Positions 51,020 to 64,000 of a stretch of DNA of 64,000 bases are shown in pieces. The translations under genes and the position numbers were made by a program. This stretch comes from Octopus sinensis (Eukaryota): contig NC_043010.1 in NCBI RefSeq assembly GCF_006345805.1, forward strand, positions 24,676,001 to 24,740,000. The letters run 5' to 3'. The notes under the pieces were generated by a model. It had not been told where the DNA came from. It saw only the letters and a list, made by a program, of their open reading frames with translations, and made no database searches. Numbering within the stretch: the stretch's first letter is position 1; each line of letters starts with the position of its first letter.

Positions 51020-51378
51020 TATATATTTAATGTAGGATAAAAATATTTTTCGAAAGGAAAAAATTTTATCAATGGCCAGCATATTAAAAAATACCTTTAA
51101 CGGTTAAAATTATAAACAACTTATAAATAAGGGCAAACGAAAATATTTCTAATGTCAAATATGCCGAAAATTGGACATATTGTCCATAACCATATAATTT
51201 TTCACAATACGCACGCTACTCGAAAAGAAGCCGACAGAAATTTCTAAAAAAATCCATTATTACCATATCGGACAGATTTCAGGGTTAGTTCGTAAGAAAC
51301 CTCCCTTCGTCAGTGATAAATGTGGCAAAGAAATAAATGAAATACTTACTCATACCCATAGAAGAAGCAAAACACTAA
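51020..51378 (-). mobile_element. ~360-bp non-coding repeat with HHR-like motif, 3' end in (TA)n
   Basis: Minus strand ATCA-CTGACGA-AGGG..CCCT-GAAA-TCT-GTC-CGAT. Further copies at 54778-54995, and at 55103-55222 plus 56597-56728. Confidence 0.6.
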
Positions 51379-51399
51379 AAATTTACTTAAATAATATGT

Positions 51400-54300
51400 A
51401 TTTTATATATCGTTTGAATTTTCCTTTAAATAGAACTTTGATTTAAACTGAAACTAAATCAAAGAAAGACACGAACAAAACGTTATGGGTCGCACCCGGA
51501 AGCCTGTAAGGTCCAACAACGAACTTTTCCTTTCCTCAATGATTAAGCTGGGTTACTAACACCCACCTTTCTCATTACATCCTTCCATCGTTTCTCGAAT
51601 ACTCTCGGGGGCAGGGTCCTCCTCTCTAGCCCCATCTTGCTCTTCAGATGGTATCTGAAGTAGGTCAGCAAACCGGGGCCTGAGATGAAAGACCCTTTCA
51701 CTGCACCTTCCATTCTCGTTCTCCAGATGCACTCTTTCAATATTGCAACCGTACAGTAAAAACATGCCTTACCTTCCTCTGTGAGTCCAGCTGGCGGTAT
51801 CATCTTTATCATAGATTCAGCTGACAGCTGTACTTGCCCCAAATGCGACAGCACGTGTTCGACGTAACTTATCAAGCTAGATAACTCCCGACATTGTACA
51901 ATAGCGTGCTGGACAGTTTCCTTGTCCACCCCGCATCTTGGACACGTCGGTGATACTGGTACTCCGTGTCTGGATAACTTATCTCGAACAGGTAAAGCGT
52001 TCCTATAACACTGCCAGGTCAGGGATTTTTGGAAGTTATCCAAATACCCCGACCTGAAAGTTTTTTAAACAGGTTGGTGAGTTGGTTCTCATCGAACCCC
52101 AGAGCCCCTCCTAGGACGTCATCGTTTTTACCTCTACCAGCCTTCTATAGAACACTGAGGTGGTATTCCCGCTGCTGGCTTTGCCCGCCTTGTGGATCAG
52201 CCAGAGTGCCTGACGGCACTTTTTCTGCCATGAAGTGAAGTTTCGTCTTTTAATGAGACCGGGTTTAAATCTCTCCAAGGAGGCCGGTCGCGGCAAGAAC
52301 TCCTCCGCAAGCGGACTCCACACCTTATCACCCTCCAGGTGGCACCAGAGATGTCTCAGCCTCAACGCATGTCTGCGCATCATCAGCCAGGGCATCCCCA
52401 GTCCACCCTTTAACGGTTCCTGGCAGCAAACGGAGCGCTTCACAAGTGGCTTTCCTCCCTTCCACAAAAAGCGGAAGACGATTCGCTCCAACTTGTTCAG
52501 CCACGAATTGAGGCAAGGCACCACGGACAGGCGGTAGGTGATTACAGATGCTATAAACACCTGCACCACCTCCGCCCTGCCCTTCAAGGACAGAGGGCCT
52601 TCCGGACCACTTCCGTACTATGGCCTCCACCTTGTTCACTACCTCGCTCCAATTTTTCTCCGCCTGTGAATCCGGACCAAACCAAACTCCGAGCAACTTA
52701 ACAGGATCATCTGTTCAGTGTCCGACGACACTGGACGATATCGGCTTGTTCCTCCAGGTTCCGAGGCGCAAACCGATCGACTTGTCCTTGTTAACTTTTT
52801 CCCCTGCCACCTCTTCGTATCTTCGGAGAGCACCTTCTACACGAGGTAGTTGTGCTTCGTCGGACACGATGAAAGTGACGTCATCCGCATAGGCAGAAAC
52901 AGACCTACCGCATCCGATTTCATTTGGGTTGCCTCCTAACTTCTCCAACCTCCGCAGTAATGGCTCAAGAGCCAAAACGAACAGAAGCGGAGACAAGGGA
53001 CACCCTTGGCGAACAGAACGCTTGATCGAAAACGGCTCCGTTAGGTAGCCGTTTATCTGGACTGTGGATTTGATGCCGCTGTACATAGCGGAGATCCACC
53101 CGCGAAAGCCAGGGCCCAGCCCAGCCGCTTCGAGGACCGCCCCCAGGTACTGATGGTCTACCCTATCGAACGCTTTACTTTGGTCTAAATGGACCAATGT
53201 CCCTCCCTTGCCGGCTAATTTCCCAATCCTATCTAAGGTGTTATTATTTGACAAATGTTCCTGGAGGAGCTTTCCTTTGAACTCCTCATCTCCGGCTTTC
53301 GCGTATCGCGTGTCGGGTTCTCCTCCAGTTATTTTTTAAAATTAGTTGCGGCCACTCGCCCTGATTAGTCTCAACACTCTCTCGTTTTTTTCGTTAAACG
53401 CTATTACTTTTTCGCTTTTTTAACACCTTTGAAACCAGGGTGTGGGGTTTATTAAAAAGCTGACCTACAAAAGTAGTGTTAGCTGGGAGGGTTTGAGGAA
53501 TTTTATGCTGTTCGTGTGCGATTGCATTTTTTCTCTTTGTTTGGAGAGGGGAGTCCGGGGTGTTTTCTTTTTGTCGTTTGTACGTCACGATAACAAAATC
53601 CATCTGTACGCCTTCCTTTTGTATTTTTTCCTCTTCTTTTTTCTGTTCTTCGTACTTTTTTCCGCTTTCTTTTTTCTCCTCCTTTTGTTTTTCACTTTGC
53701 TCTTTTTTCCGTTTTCGTCGCTCTTCTGCCTCACTGCATTTTGGGGAGGGACTTCAACTGTTGTTTTTTGGGGTACAAGTAGAGCGGACGTGGCCCTTCT
53801 GCCCACACTTAAAGCATCTGGGCCTACATCCCTCCACCGACACACTAATTGTGTCCCTCCCCTACGTCGATCCTGTCGGGGTTTGGTTGTCCCCTTGAAC
53901 AACCATCTCCAAACTCTGACCCTTCCAGTTCGTTTCTTCTTTCATCCTCATGCTTAGTATTATTACCTTAGCTTCCACGTCGTACGCGACTGCTGTTGCT
54001 GCCCACATCACATCGTAACCGGCCGGTATGTCCTCAACTGTAATTTTCACAGTTCGCCGGCATAAATATGTCGGCAACAACATAATTTCCTCGTTTTTGA
54101 GAGTCTCCGTGGATATCTCCTTTGCTACGTTAGCCGACTCGAATTGCGCTTCAACTGTAGCGCTTCGTACATCTCGGCTAACGTAGCGTACTTTGTTCCA
54201 GATGGGAGCCATGCATCGCTCAACCTCTTCGTTCTTTACCTCGGCAATTCTCTTCTCCTTAATGTTAAACACCTTATATACAACTGTTTTCTCTCGAATA

Positions 54301-54760
54301 GCCTGGACAGTTTCCGGGGGCGGTACCAGCTTAGTCTCTTCGCCATTTTTTACAATGTATTTTCTGAACTGGACGAGCTTGTCCATTGCAACTTCCAGTT
54401 CGATAACTTTGCCACCTACTGCAGCTGAAAAGCTTTGTTTGACCTTGTTGACCGTTTCGTTTCCGATGTTTTTAACTGTTCCCATCTCGGGAAAATCCTT
54501 TTTCGACGCAAGGTCACACTCCATAGTATCCAAAAAATAAATAACCTTGTCGCAATTGACAAGAAATAATTATAAATGCAGAAATTTCTGCCCCGTAGGG
54601 GGAAAATTACTGTGTGTCGTAAGACAACAGTTCAAAAACAAATACACAGAAAACACAAACTGGGACGAACTCACAATGACAAATAAGCAGCAATAGAAGT
54701 ACACGCGCAGTCGAGAATAAAGAAAACGGAACTGAAACTTTCACAGAGTGAGAGTCCGGA
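51400..54760 (-). mobile_element. Tx1-clade (L1 group) LINE with 5' UTR and ORF1, large internal deletion
   Basis: ORF1 from 54533 with CFKCGQKGHVRSTC knuckle. RT LDQSKAFDRVDH, VRQGCPLSPLLF, AYADDV. C-terminal CPRCGVDKETVQHAIVQC. The APE domain and RT start are missing near 53260. Confidence 0.9.
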
Positions 54761-54777
54761 AGTGAACATTTAAATTT

Positions 54778-54995
54778 ATATTTAATGTAGGATAAAATTT
54801 TTTTTCGAAGAAAACAAAAACTTTATCAATGGCCAGCATATTAAAAAAATACCTTTAACGGTTAAAATTATAAACAACTTGTGAATAAGGACAAACAAAA
54901 AAATTTCCAATGCCAAATATGCCGAAAATTGGACATATTGTCCATAACCATATAATTTTTCACAATACGCACGCTACTCGAAAAAAAGCCGACAG
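54778..54995 (-). mobile_element. Partial direct copy of the 51020 repeat
   Basis: ATATTTAATGTAGGATAAAA..CTACTCGAAAAAAAGCCGACAG. Confidence 0.8.
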
Positions 54996-55102
54996 GACTC
55001 TCTCATTTCTGTGAGAACCTCAGTTCAAATCGCACGTGTCTTGAATGGGCTGGAGTATTTCTATTTTGGATGTATTTGGGGTACTTAGTTGTGCCCATGA
55101 CT

Positions 55103-56728
55103 TAGTGTTTTGCTTCTTCCATGGGTATGAGTAAGTATTTCATTTATTTCTTTGCCACATTTATCACTGACGAAGGGAGGTTTCTTACGAACTAACCCTG
55201 AAATCAGTCCGATATGGTAATAAACTTAGATAAACTTAGATATGTTTCGACCAAAGATTGGTCCAGGCCATGTCTAACTTAATAGCACCACCTGATAGGA
55301 TTATTCGAATCCTGTTTAAGTCAAGTTTTGTTCAAGTAGTGAGTTCTTGTTGGGTGAGTTGTATCCAATTATGGGTGGCTTATCTGGTATTCTTTGAAGG
55401 AATCTATCCAGACTCTGTTTAAAGTTGATGGGATCCTTTTCCTCTTTGATCTCCCTCGGGACAATGTTAAATAGGGCAGGGCCTGTTGAGGAAAAGAAAT
55501 TATGTTGCAGTGTACATGTATGCTGTGATCTTGAATTGGGCAGGGGACGTATAGCCCGTAGTTCAAGTCTTGGATGAACCTTGAAGCTAATGTTTAGGTC
55601 GTTTGGGCAAAGTTGGCGGTATATTTTCCACATCGTACAAATGATGTACCGCTCACGGCGACGCTGGAGGGATTAAAGTTTCAAGGCTTTAAGGCGATCC
55701 CAATAATCGAGAGCAGCCATGCCTTCAATTTGTTTAGTGAGTGCCCTCTGGGGTGACTCAATTCTAGAGATGTTTTGTCTTGTGTGAGGAGACCACAGTG
55801 GGCAGCAGTATTCAAGGTGTGGCCGTACAAAGGAGGAAAAAAGTGGTATGATGACACCTTGTTCTCTGGACCGGAAAGTTCTTAAGATCCAGGAACTCAT
55901 CTTACGAGCTATATCGACCTTCTTGTTGATGCGTGCACTCCAACTGAGATCGTCATCAACAATTACACCCAGGTTTCTGATATTGTTAGAGGCTGTGAGC
56001 GGTTCCCCTGAAGGAAGAGAGTATGGTTGTTTTAGTGAGGAATTTCTTCCAAAATGCATCAGCTCAAATTTTCCCTCATTCAGTTGCATTTTGTTTCTGT
56101 CTGCCCATTGACTCACAGCATATAGATCAGACTGGAGTTGAGTTCGGTCTGCTTCTTCATTGACGATTTGCTGGAGTTTAGTGTCATCAGCAAATATTTT
56201 CACTTTGCAGTAATGTACGACACTGGAAAGGTCGTTTACGTAAATTATGAAGAGTAGCGGACCCAAAACAGTTCCCTGGGGAACACCGCTGGTGACTTTT
56301 GCTGGGTTTGAGTGGACTCCATCAACTACAACATGTTGTGTTCTATTCGCCAGGAAATACTTAATCCAGTGTAGAACTTTTCCACGGATTCCAAAGTTTG
56401 CCAATTTTGAGAGTAGGATGTTATGGTCTACCCTGTCGAACGCTTTACTGAAGTCAAGATATATGACGTCAGAGTTCGAACCTGTTCCCAAGGCTTTGAG
56501 TACATCTTCAATGTGGTGTAAGAGCTGTGTTAGACAGTCCCTGCCACAGCGAAATCCATGCTGATTTGCATTTAGGAGTTTGTGGGTCTCCAGGAAGTAA
56601 TGGAATTTTTTAGAAATTTCTGTCGGCTTCTTTTCGAGTAGCGTGCGTATATGATTATGGACAATATGTCCGATTTTCGGCATATTTGGCATTAGAAATT
56701 TTTTCGTTTGCCCTTATTTATAAGTTGT
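55103..56728 (+). mobile_element. Opposite-orientation copy of the 51020 repeat, split by a CR1-group LINE
   Basis: 55103-55222 and 56597-56728 together reconstruct the reverse complement of ~51100-51378, with a small internal deletion. Confidence 0.75.
55223..56596 (-). mobile_element. CR1-group LINE (second family), 5'-truncated
   Basis: NQHGFRCGRDCLTQLL, YLDFSKAFDRVDH, GVPQGTVLGPLLF, IFADDTK, RPHLEYCCPLWSP. Tail (ATCTAAGTTT)2. Confidence 0.9.
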
Positions 56729-56729
56729 A

Positions 56730-57088
56730 TATGAATATATATATATGGATATATATATGGAGAAAGAGATTAAGAGAGGAGAGAGAAAGGGAGTAAGAGA
56801 GAAGAGAGAAAGAGAGTAAGAGGGAAGGAGGGGAGAGAAAGAGGGAAAGAGAGTAGGAGAGAAGAGAGAAAGAGAGTAAGAGAGAAGGGGGAAAGAGAGT
56901 AGGAGAGAAGAGAGAAAGAGAGTAAGAGAGAAGGGGGAAAGAGAGTAGGGGTGAAGAAAAGTAGTAGTGAAGAGATGTAGGAGTGAAGAGAAGTAGGAGT
57001 CGAGGAGGAGGTTAGATGAAAAGGGGGGGGAGAGTTGAGCCAAATGGCGTAAAAGAGCGAAGAGAGAAGATTAATCCCTGTTCACGGC
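56730..57088 (-). mobile_element. 3' fragment of the same Poseidon-type PLE as 7.2 kb
   Basis: Minus strand CGCCGTGAACAGGGATTAATCTTCTCT.TTCGCTCTTTT matches 7212-7250. Confidence 0.75.
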
Positions 57089-57089
57089 G

Positions 57090-57123
<34 letters not shown>

Positions 57124-57145
57124 TAGATATATATATATAATATAT

Positions 57146-57224
<79 letters not shown>

Positions 57225-57345
57225 ATATATACATACATATATATGTGAATTTATATATATATATAATATGTGAATTTATATATATATACATGAATATATA
57301 TGTATGAATACATAAATATATGAATATATGGACATCTGTACATCA

Positions 57346-57413
<68 letters not shown>

Positions 57414-57581
57414 ACATATATATAAACATATATATGTACTATATATATATATATATATGTAGACACGGATGTACATGTGTCCATATATACATCGTACGTA
57501 TGCCTGTATATATATGTATGTGTGTGTACATGTGCGTGTGTATGTTTGTGGTGGAGTGCGTGTATGTGTGAGTGTGTTTAC

Positions 57582-57808
57582 CTGCCCCTATATGCGTGGC
57601 ACTTTAAGGTGTCTCATTCCCTCGTTTATGCTTGTTCGTAACCATGTCCTTTTAATGGCGGCAGCTCTATCGCTGCTATTGTTATTGTTCTCATCTCGTT
57701 TTCGTCGCGGTTCATAATTCCTGTGCGCATAAGAATAATGTGGGATGGAAACAGACATAATTTCTGTAGGGGTGCACATCATTTGAAGTAACGTTAAGTA
57801 GGACATAT
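57582..57808 (-). other. Candidate 227-nt internal exon, coding status unclear
   Basis: Acceptor TTCTTTTTGTACAG| at 57809 and donor CAG|GTAAAC at 57581. Unique sequence between microsatellites. All three frames contain a stop. Confidence 0.35.
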
Positions 57809-57892
57809 CTGTACAAAAAGAATTTTGAAAAAAAAAGAACCATTTATTTTGGTCGTGGTTTATGTATGTATGTATGTATGTATGTATGTATG

Positions 57893-57927
<35 letters not shown>

Positions 57928-58139
57928 ATATATATATATATATATATACATGTTTGTATGAATATATGTGTATGTGTATGTAAGTATGTATATATGTATG
58001 TATTTATATATGTATGTATATATGTATGTATGCATGTATGCCTATATATATATATATATGAATGTATGTATGTCTATATGTATGTGTGTATGTATATATG
58101 TATGTATGTATATGTATGTATATATGTATGTGTGAATGT

Positions 58140-58206
<67 letters not shown>

Positions 58207-59196
58207 GTATGTATTTATGTATGAATTTTATGTATGTATATATGTATGTATACGCTTGAATGTATGTATTTACGTGTGTTTATATATATTTATGTATGAA
58301 CGACGTATATTTGTGTGTTTCCATGTACTTATGAGTGTATGAACGTCTGTATGTTTGTATGTATGCATACGTGTGCATTTTTGTATGTATGTATTCATGA
58401 CTATATATATGAATGTATGTATGTATGTGTGTATGCTTGTGAGTGTGTGTCCGTGTGTGTGTGTGTGTATGTTTATGTCTGTGTTATGTAAGTATTTTAC
58501 TATCATCGCAGTCATGACGATTCACGGTACAATAAATAGAGGAATCTCGGTCAGAGGTCTTTTCATAAACTCGTTTCATTTCTGTTTAATCTCCAAGAAT
58601 AATTATCCGAACAAGAATCCAATTCCCTTGTTTATATGTTATCCATAAAATCACCGTTACATAAGTTGGCACTGATATTCTTTTCTACTCTAGGCACAAG
58701 GCCCGAAATCTTTGTGAGGAGGTGGGGAGGGGCCGTCGATTAGATCGACCCTGGTACGCAGCTGGTACTTAATTTATCGACCCCCGAAATATGTTGACAC
58801 TGATTTTGCAACAGTAGAAGACACAGGAACTACAGATAAGGATAGATAAATAGATACAGAGAAGGAGAGAGAGGGGGAGAGAAACAATATTTCCACGGGT
58901 TTACGGTTTTGCCTTTTGTGAGCTAAGGGCTACAACTTCTGCGAGATAGGGGTTACGATGTGTTTGAGTTTTTACCAATCGGCCAAATGTCGTATTAGCG
59001 TTCTGAGATAAGTACATGAGTGTAAATATAGCTACAATATCCCTAGTACGTAAGCAGTATTCTAATAGGGGTCTAACTTGAACTGTCCAAACCAGTGTTT
59101 CTCAACCCTTTTTCTAAATCATGGACCCCTTTGGTTCCTATCGCTGAAGAAAAAGGAAAACCTTTATATTTCAGATTTAACAGAATTCAGTATATT

Positions 59197-59428
59197 TATT
59201 TCTTTATTGCCCACAAGGGGCTAAACATAGAGGAGACAAACAAAGACAGACAAAGGGATTAAGTCGATTACATCAACCCCAGTGCATAACTGGTACTTAT
59301 TTAATCGACCCTGAAAGGATTAAAGGCAAAGTCGACCTCGGCGGAATTTGAACTCAGAACGTAACAGCAAACGAGATATCACTAAGCATTTTCGCCCGGC
59401 GTGCTAACTGTTCTGCCAGCTCACCGCC
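59197..59428 (-). mobile_element. Monomeric SINE family B with Tx1-like tail and TSD
   Basis: 15-bp direct repeats AGAATTC(A/T)GTATATT at 59182-59196 and 59433-59447. Confidence 0.85.
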
Positions 59429-60245
59429 CTATAGAATTCTGTATATTGTTCAAGCGGAATTGGGCCTGGAGGGAAAGGTCGTCTCTTTGATATTTGTAGT
59501 AATTGTGTTTTTGTACTGTTAAAGGAGACTCTATTGTCATGTCCGTTTTAAGGAACGGTTACAGTGTTTCTATTCATGAAAGACATGCTTGTCTGGCGCT
59601 AGGTGTGTGGATTGCGTGTGAATAATTATTACATTCATGAGGTTATGGAGAAATGGAGGTATCATTTCTGAAGCAGTGTGTACTTTTAAAAGCTAATTTA
59701 TGCATAGGAGGAAGAGTGTGCAAGATATTGCCGAAACATTGGGTACACAAGCTGATAGAGCAAGGGTCGGAGAGGGTCCTTTGAAGGCACCCTGCCAGAA
59801 ATTTCTCGTCGGTCATCTGAATGAAACCTTTCGACTGAAGTTAAGTAAAAGAACAAAAAATAACCTCTCATATAATACATTGGAAAGCTTGATTTCTGTC
59901 GAGGGTAGTAACGACATTGCCTTCACAGAAGTTCTTTTTGGCTAGTAACCACTGGTATGCGACGTAGGAGGTCCATCGGGAAGGGATATGAAATTAGATA
60001 AAGGCCGTAGACGCTGGACGTTAGAGTAATGAGGTGGTGATTGGTAAATACCAAAATGGCGACCATTGAGAACTAGACATAACGTCGAGTGGCTTTAGGA
60101 AAGGGAGACAGAGACAGACAGGCAGACATACAGACTGACAGACAGACTGACTGACTGACAGACAGTTAGTCAGACAGACAGGTAGCCAGGCAGTCAGAAA
60201 GACAGACAGATAGATAGACAGATAGATACATGGATAGATAGATAT

Positions 60246-60925
<680 letters not shown>

Positions 60926-62062
60926 ATTTCTTTATTGGCCACGCAGTGCTGAACACAGAAGGGACAAAATACAAAGTAGAGCTTTTCTTTTTGGAAGAAG
61001 AGAAGGAAAACAGGGTCGAATTCCAATCAAAAGGTATCGTGAAAAGGAAAAAAAAGTGGGGACGATCAATAGGGATCGTGTATTACAGAAATGTCAATGT
61101 AAAAAGGGAAAACAGATTAGGTTTTTCCGTGGATAGAAAAGCCTGCGGAAAAGACCACGGGTACCTTGGGCAATAGTGTAATGCAAAAAGAAAACACATT
61201 ACAGTAAGTGGCTTTCGTTTTTTTTTCTTTTGGTTCATAGGATTATGCTCAAGCTGGCTCCGTCATTCACACGTGCCGTCCTTGCTAAATTCACCGATCT
61301 TTTTTGAAGTATTCACTCTCTACTCTCACCTTCCTCTTCAAGTGATACTTGAAGAAGTTGATGAGAGATTGACCAGAGAGGTAAGTGTTTGTCTCTAGAC
61401 CTTTCAGACGCGTCCACCATACACAGTCTTTCGCCATTGCCACAAGTACGATGAAAATGGCTCTTCCTTCCCGTTTGAAGGAAGGAGACGCGACAATATT
61501 CACGATAGACTCGGTTGATAAACCGACTCGTCCCACACGCGATAGCAGTCGTTCGGCATAGGCCCACAGGTCGGAAATGGTTGGACACTGTACGAGTGCG
61601 TGTGGGACGGTTTCGTCGCTCTGACCGCATCTCGGACAGGTCGGCTCCGTGTTTCTCGAGCCATGCCTGTAGAGCTTATCCCGAACGGGTAGCGCTTCTC
61701 GATAGCACTGCCATGTCAGGGATCTCTGGATGTTGTCCATAGGTCCCGGCCCGAAAGTCGTCCATAGGTCCCGGCCCGAACAGGCGGGTCAGGTATTACT
61801 CGTCGACGCCCAGGTTCGCCCCGAGATCGTCGTCGTACCTCCCCTCCATTAATCCCCTATAGAATGCTTTGGTTGTGTTGAAGTCGCTCAAGGTCAACCC
61901 GGGACGGCATAGTTGCTTGAGAGCAACGTGACGCTCGCGATAACATTCGCCCTTCCTCGGCCTCTTTTTGATCCATGACTGCAGTTCGGTCATGGAGACA
62001 GGTTGCGGAAAAGCGTGCCTCACAAACGGCGACCACACCTGTTCACCGTCGTCTACGTAGAT
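60926..62062 (-). mobile_element. Tx1 LINE 3' portion, same family as 60246-60725
   Basis: RSLTWQCYREALPVRDKLYRHG..CPRCGQSDETVPHALVQC. The 3' end abuts (GATA)n. Confidence 0.88.
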
Positions 62063-62064
62063 CC

Positions 62065-62605
62065 CTCTATCTATAGTAACCAAGCACACAGACACATATC
62101 TGCTACAACACCACTATCTGTTTTTTTGACATCTACCCATCCACATACACATTCACGCACACACATACACACACATAGGTATTAATACAGTTATATTCAT
62201 TCACTCACACAGACACTCATTCACAAAAGAATTTAACAAAACCCACCATACATACGACCTGTTCCAAATCACCTTACTTTTCGTAGGCCTCTCTCCCCCT
62301 ACTTCGTTTGAACTCTTGAACCTTTAGAACCTTCTAGAATTTTCTACATTCAACCAGTTTGACGTCACTCCTTATAAAGGAATATTAAAGAGACACTCAT
62401 TATCATTACCGCTATGCGCTCCGTGAGAGCAGTCATCTAAAAGTTTTTTGTGAATCTTGATGTTGACATAAATTCCTTGTTTTTCCTGATGAGAAAGCGG
62501 CATAATGTACTCTTTATTCCTTCACAATTAGGAATATGCAGCCTTCGAAACATATGTAGAAAATAAAGGAAATTTGTCGTTCAACTCCATTCTTTCATTT
62601 ATTCA
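62065..62605 (+). mobile_element. 3' UTR fragment of a third member of the GIY-YIG/HHR PLE group
   Basis: HHR and downstream TCAACTCCATT resemble 39560-39700. Ends in (TA)n. Confidence 0.6.
62480..62563 (+). ncRNA. Type I hammerhead ribozyme motif
   Basis: TTTTC-CTGATGA-GAAAGCGGCATA..TATGCAGCCTTC-GAAA-CATATG-TA-GAAAA. 5-bp stem I, palindromic ACATATGT stem III. Confidence 0.8.
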
Positions 62606-62614
62606 TATATATAA

Positions 62615-62678
<64 letters not shown>

Positions 62679-63019
62679 TATATATATGCATGTATGTATG
62701 TGCGTGTGTGTATGTTTGTGTGTCTGTGTTTGTCCCCCCACCATCGCTTGACAACCGATGCTGGTGTGCTTAAGTCCCCGTAACGTAGCGGTTCAGCAAA
62801 AGAGAACGATAGTGTAAGTACTAGGCTTACGAAGAAGAAGTCCTGTGATCGATTTGCTCGACTAAAGGCAGTGCTCCAGCATGGCCGCACTCAAAATGAC
62901 TGAAATAAATAATATATATATATATATTGGCGCAGGAGTGGCTGTGTGGTAAGTAGCTTACTTACCAACCATATGGCTCCGGGTTCAGTGTGTTTGTGTG
63001 TGTGTGTGTGTATCACGAG

Positions 63020-63310
63020 ATCACATGATTGGCCCGACTACTGGACCTTGTTATGCATCGCTCATCACAATACGCTTTACAATGTTGTTAACTTTCGAAT
63101 GATGCCACTCCGCTGGTGAGGAGTGCAAACCAACATTTCCCCTCACCCGACCCCACCCTGATTGGAAAGTTAGTTCGCCGTAGGGTGACCCATTTACGGC
63201 TGAGAGGACTGGAACAACATCAAATGAAGCGTTTCGATCAAGAAAACAATGCACTGCTCGAACTGGAAATTGAACCCGCGATCGCAAGAGCAACACTACC
63301 CACGCGCCTT
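63020..63310 (-). mobile_element. tRNA-headed CORE-like SINE, degraded
   Basis: GGCGCGTGGGTAG..GGGTTCAATTTCC head, then TTGTTTTCTTGATCGAAACGCTTCATTT. Confidence 0.55.
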
Positions 63311-63419
63311 TACTATGTGTGAGTGTTTGTACGTATTTTCATGTCTGTGTTTATACACACATGCATGTCTATGTGTGTATGCATGTGTGTGTATGTGTGT
63401 GGATTTATGTATACTCTTT

Positions 63420-63629
63420 TACTCTTTTCACTCTTTTACTTGTTTCAGTCATTTGACTGCGGCCATGCTGGAGCACCGCCTTTAGTCGAGCAAATCGACC
63501 CTAGTACTTATTCTGTCAGGTTCTTTTTGCCGAACCGCTAAGTTACGGGGACGTAAACACACCAGCATCGGTTGTCAAGTGATGTTGGGGTGGGACAGAC
63601 ACAGACACACACACACGCACATACATACA

Positions 63630-63664
<35 letters not shown>

Positions 63665-63785
63665 GCGACGGGCTTGTTTCAGTTTCCGTCTACCAAATCC
63701 ACTCACAAGGCTTTGGTCGGCCCGAGGCTATAGTAGAAGACACTTGCCCAAGGTACCACGCAGTGGGACTGAACCCGGAAACATG
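63420..63785 (-). mobile_element. SINE family A, head truncated
   Basis: Tail, body and most of the head. Another family A tail lies at 62700-62905 on the plus strand. Confidence 0.88.
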
Positions 63786-64000
63786 CGTCTATGTGCATGT
63801 ATGTCTGTGTGTGTGTGTATGGATGTATGTATGTGCGTGTGTATGTATGTGTATGTATGTGTATGTATGCATGTGTATATGTATGTGTGTGTGTACGTAT
63901 GTATGAGTGTGTATGTATGTGTATTTATGTATGTGTGTGTCTGTGTGCACATATGGATGAATGTATGTGCGTGTCTATGCATGTGTATGTAAATATGTGT

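Noticed and set aside
59520-60050. Possible decayed RT fragment (QGDxLSPLLF-like)
   Set aside because: The resemblance is too weak to assign without an alignment.

Overview
AT-rich, microsatellite-saturated animal genomic DNA, most likely Octopus. This is inferred from the SINE and LINE repertoire and was not verified by a search. There is a 100-N gap at 36596-36695. No host protein-coding gene, rRNA, genuine tRNA or CRISPR array can be supported; only two weak minus-strand exon candidates were seen. The window is a dense set of decayed transposable elements: Tc1/mariner, Chapaev3, an Academ-like remnant, hAT MITEs, CR1-group, RTE, R4/Dong-type and Tx1 LINEs, and at least three tRNA-derived SINE families. 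The most striking layer is a set of Penelope-like (PLE) or retrozyme-like elements. Most end in (TA)n microsatellites, several carry hammerhead ribozyme (HHR) motifs, and several are fold-back structures. (1) An RT-less GIY-YIG ORF sits inside ~0.8 kb inverted repeats at 18.5-20.8 kb. (2) A diverged relative at 38.3-39.9 kb starts at a perfect 42-bp palindrome. (3) The HHR stems of these two and of a third relative at 62.5 kb differ in sequence yet keep pairing. (4) A textbook minimal HHR lies in a 351-bp terminally redundant unit at 40.2-40.6 kb. Two SINE-LINE 3'-tail partnerships are also visible: one SINE shares its tail with a CR1-group LINE, and another with a Tx1 LINE that abuts (GATA)n. 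All family assignments come from motif recognition by eye.
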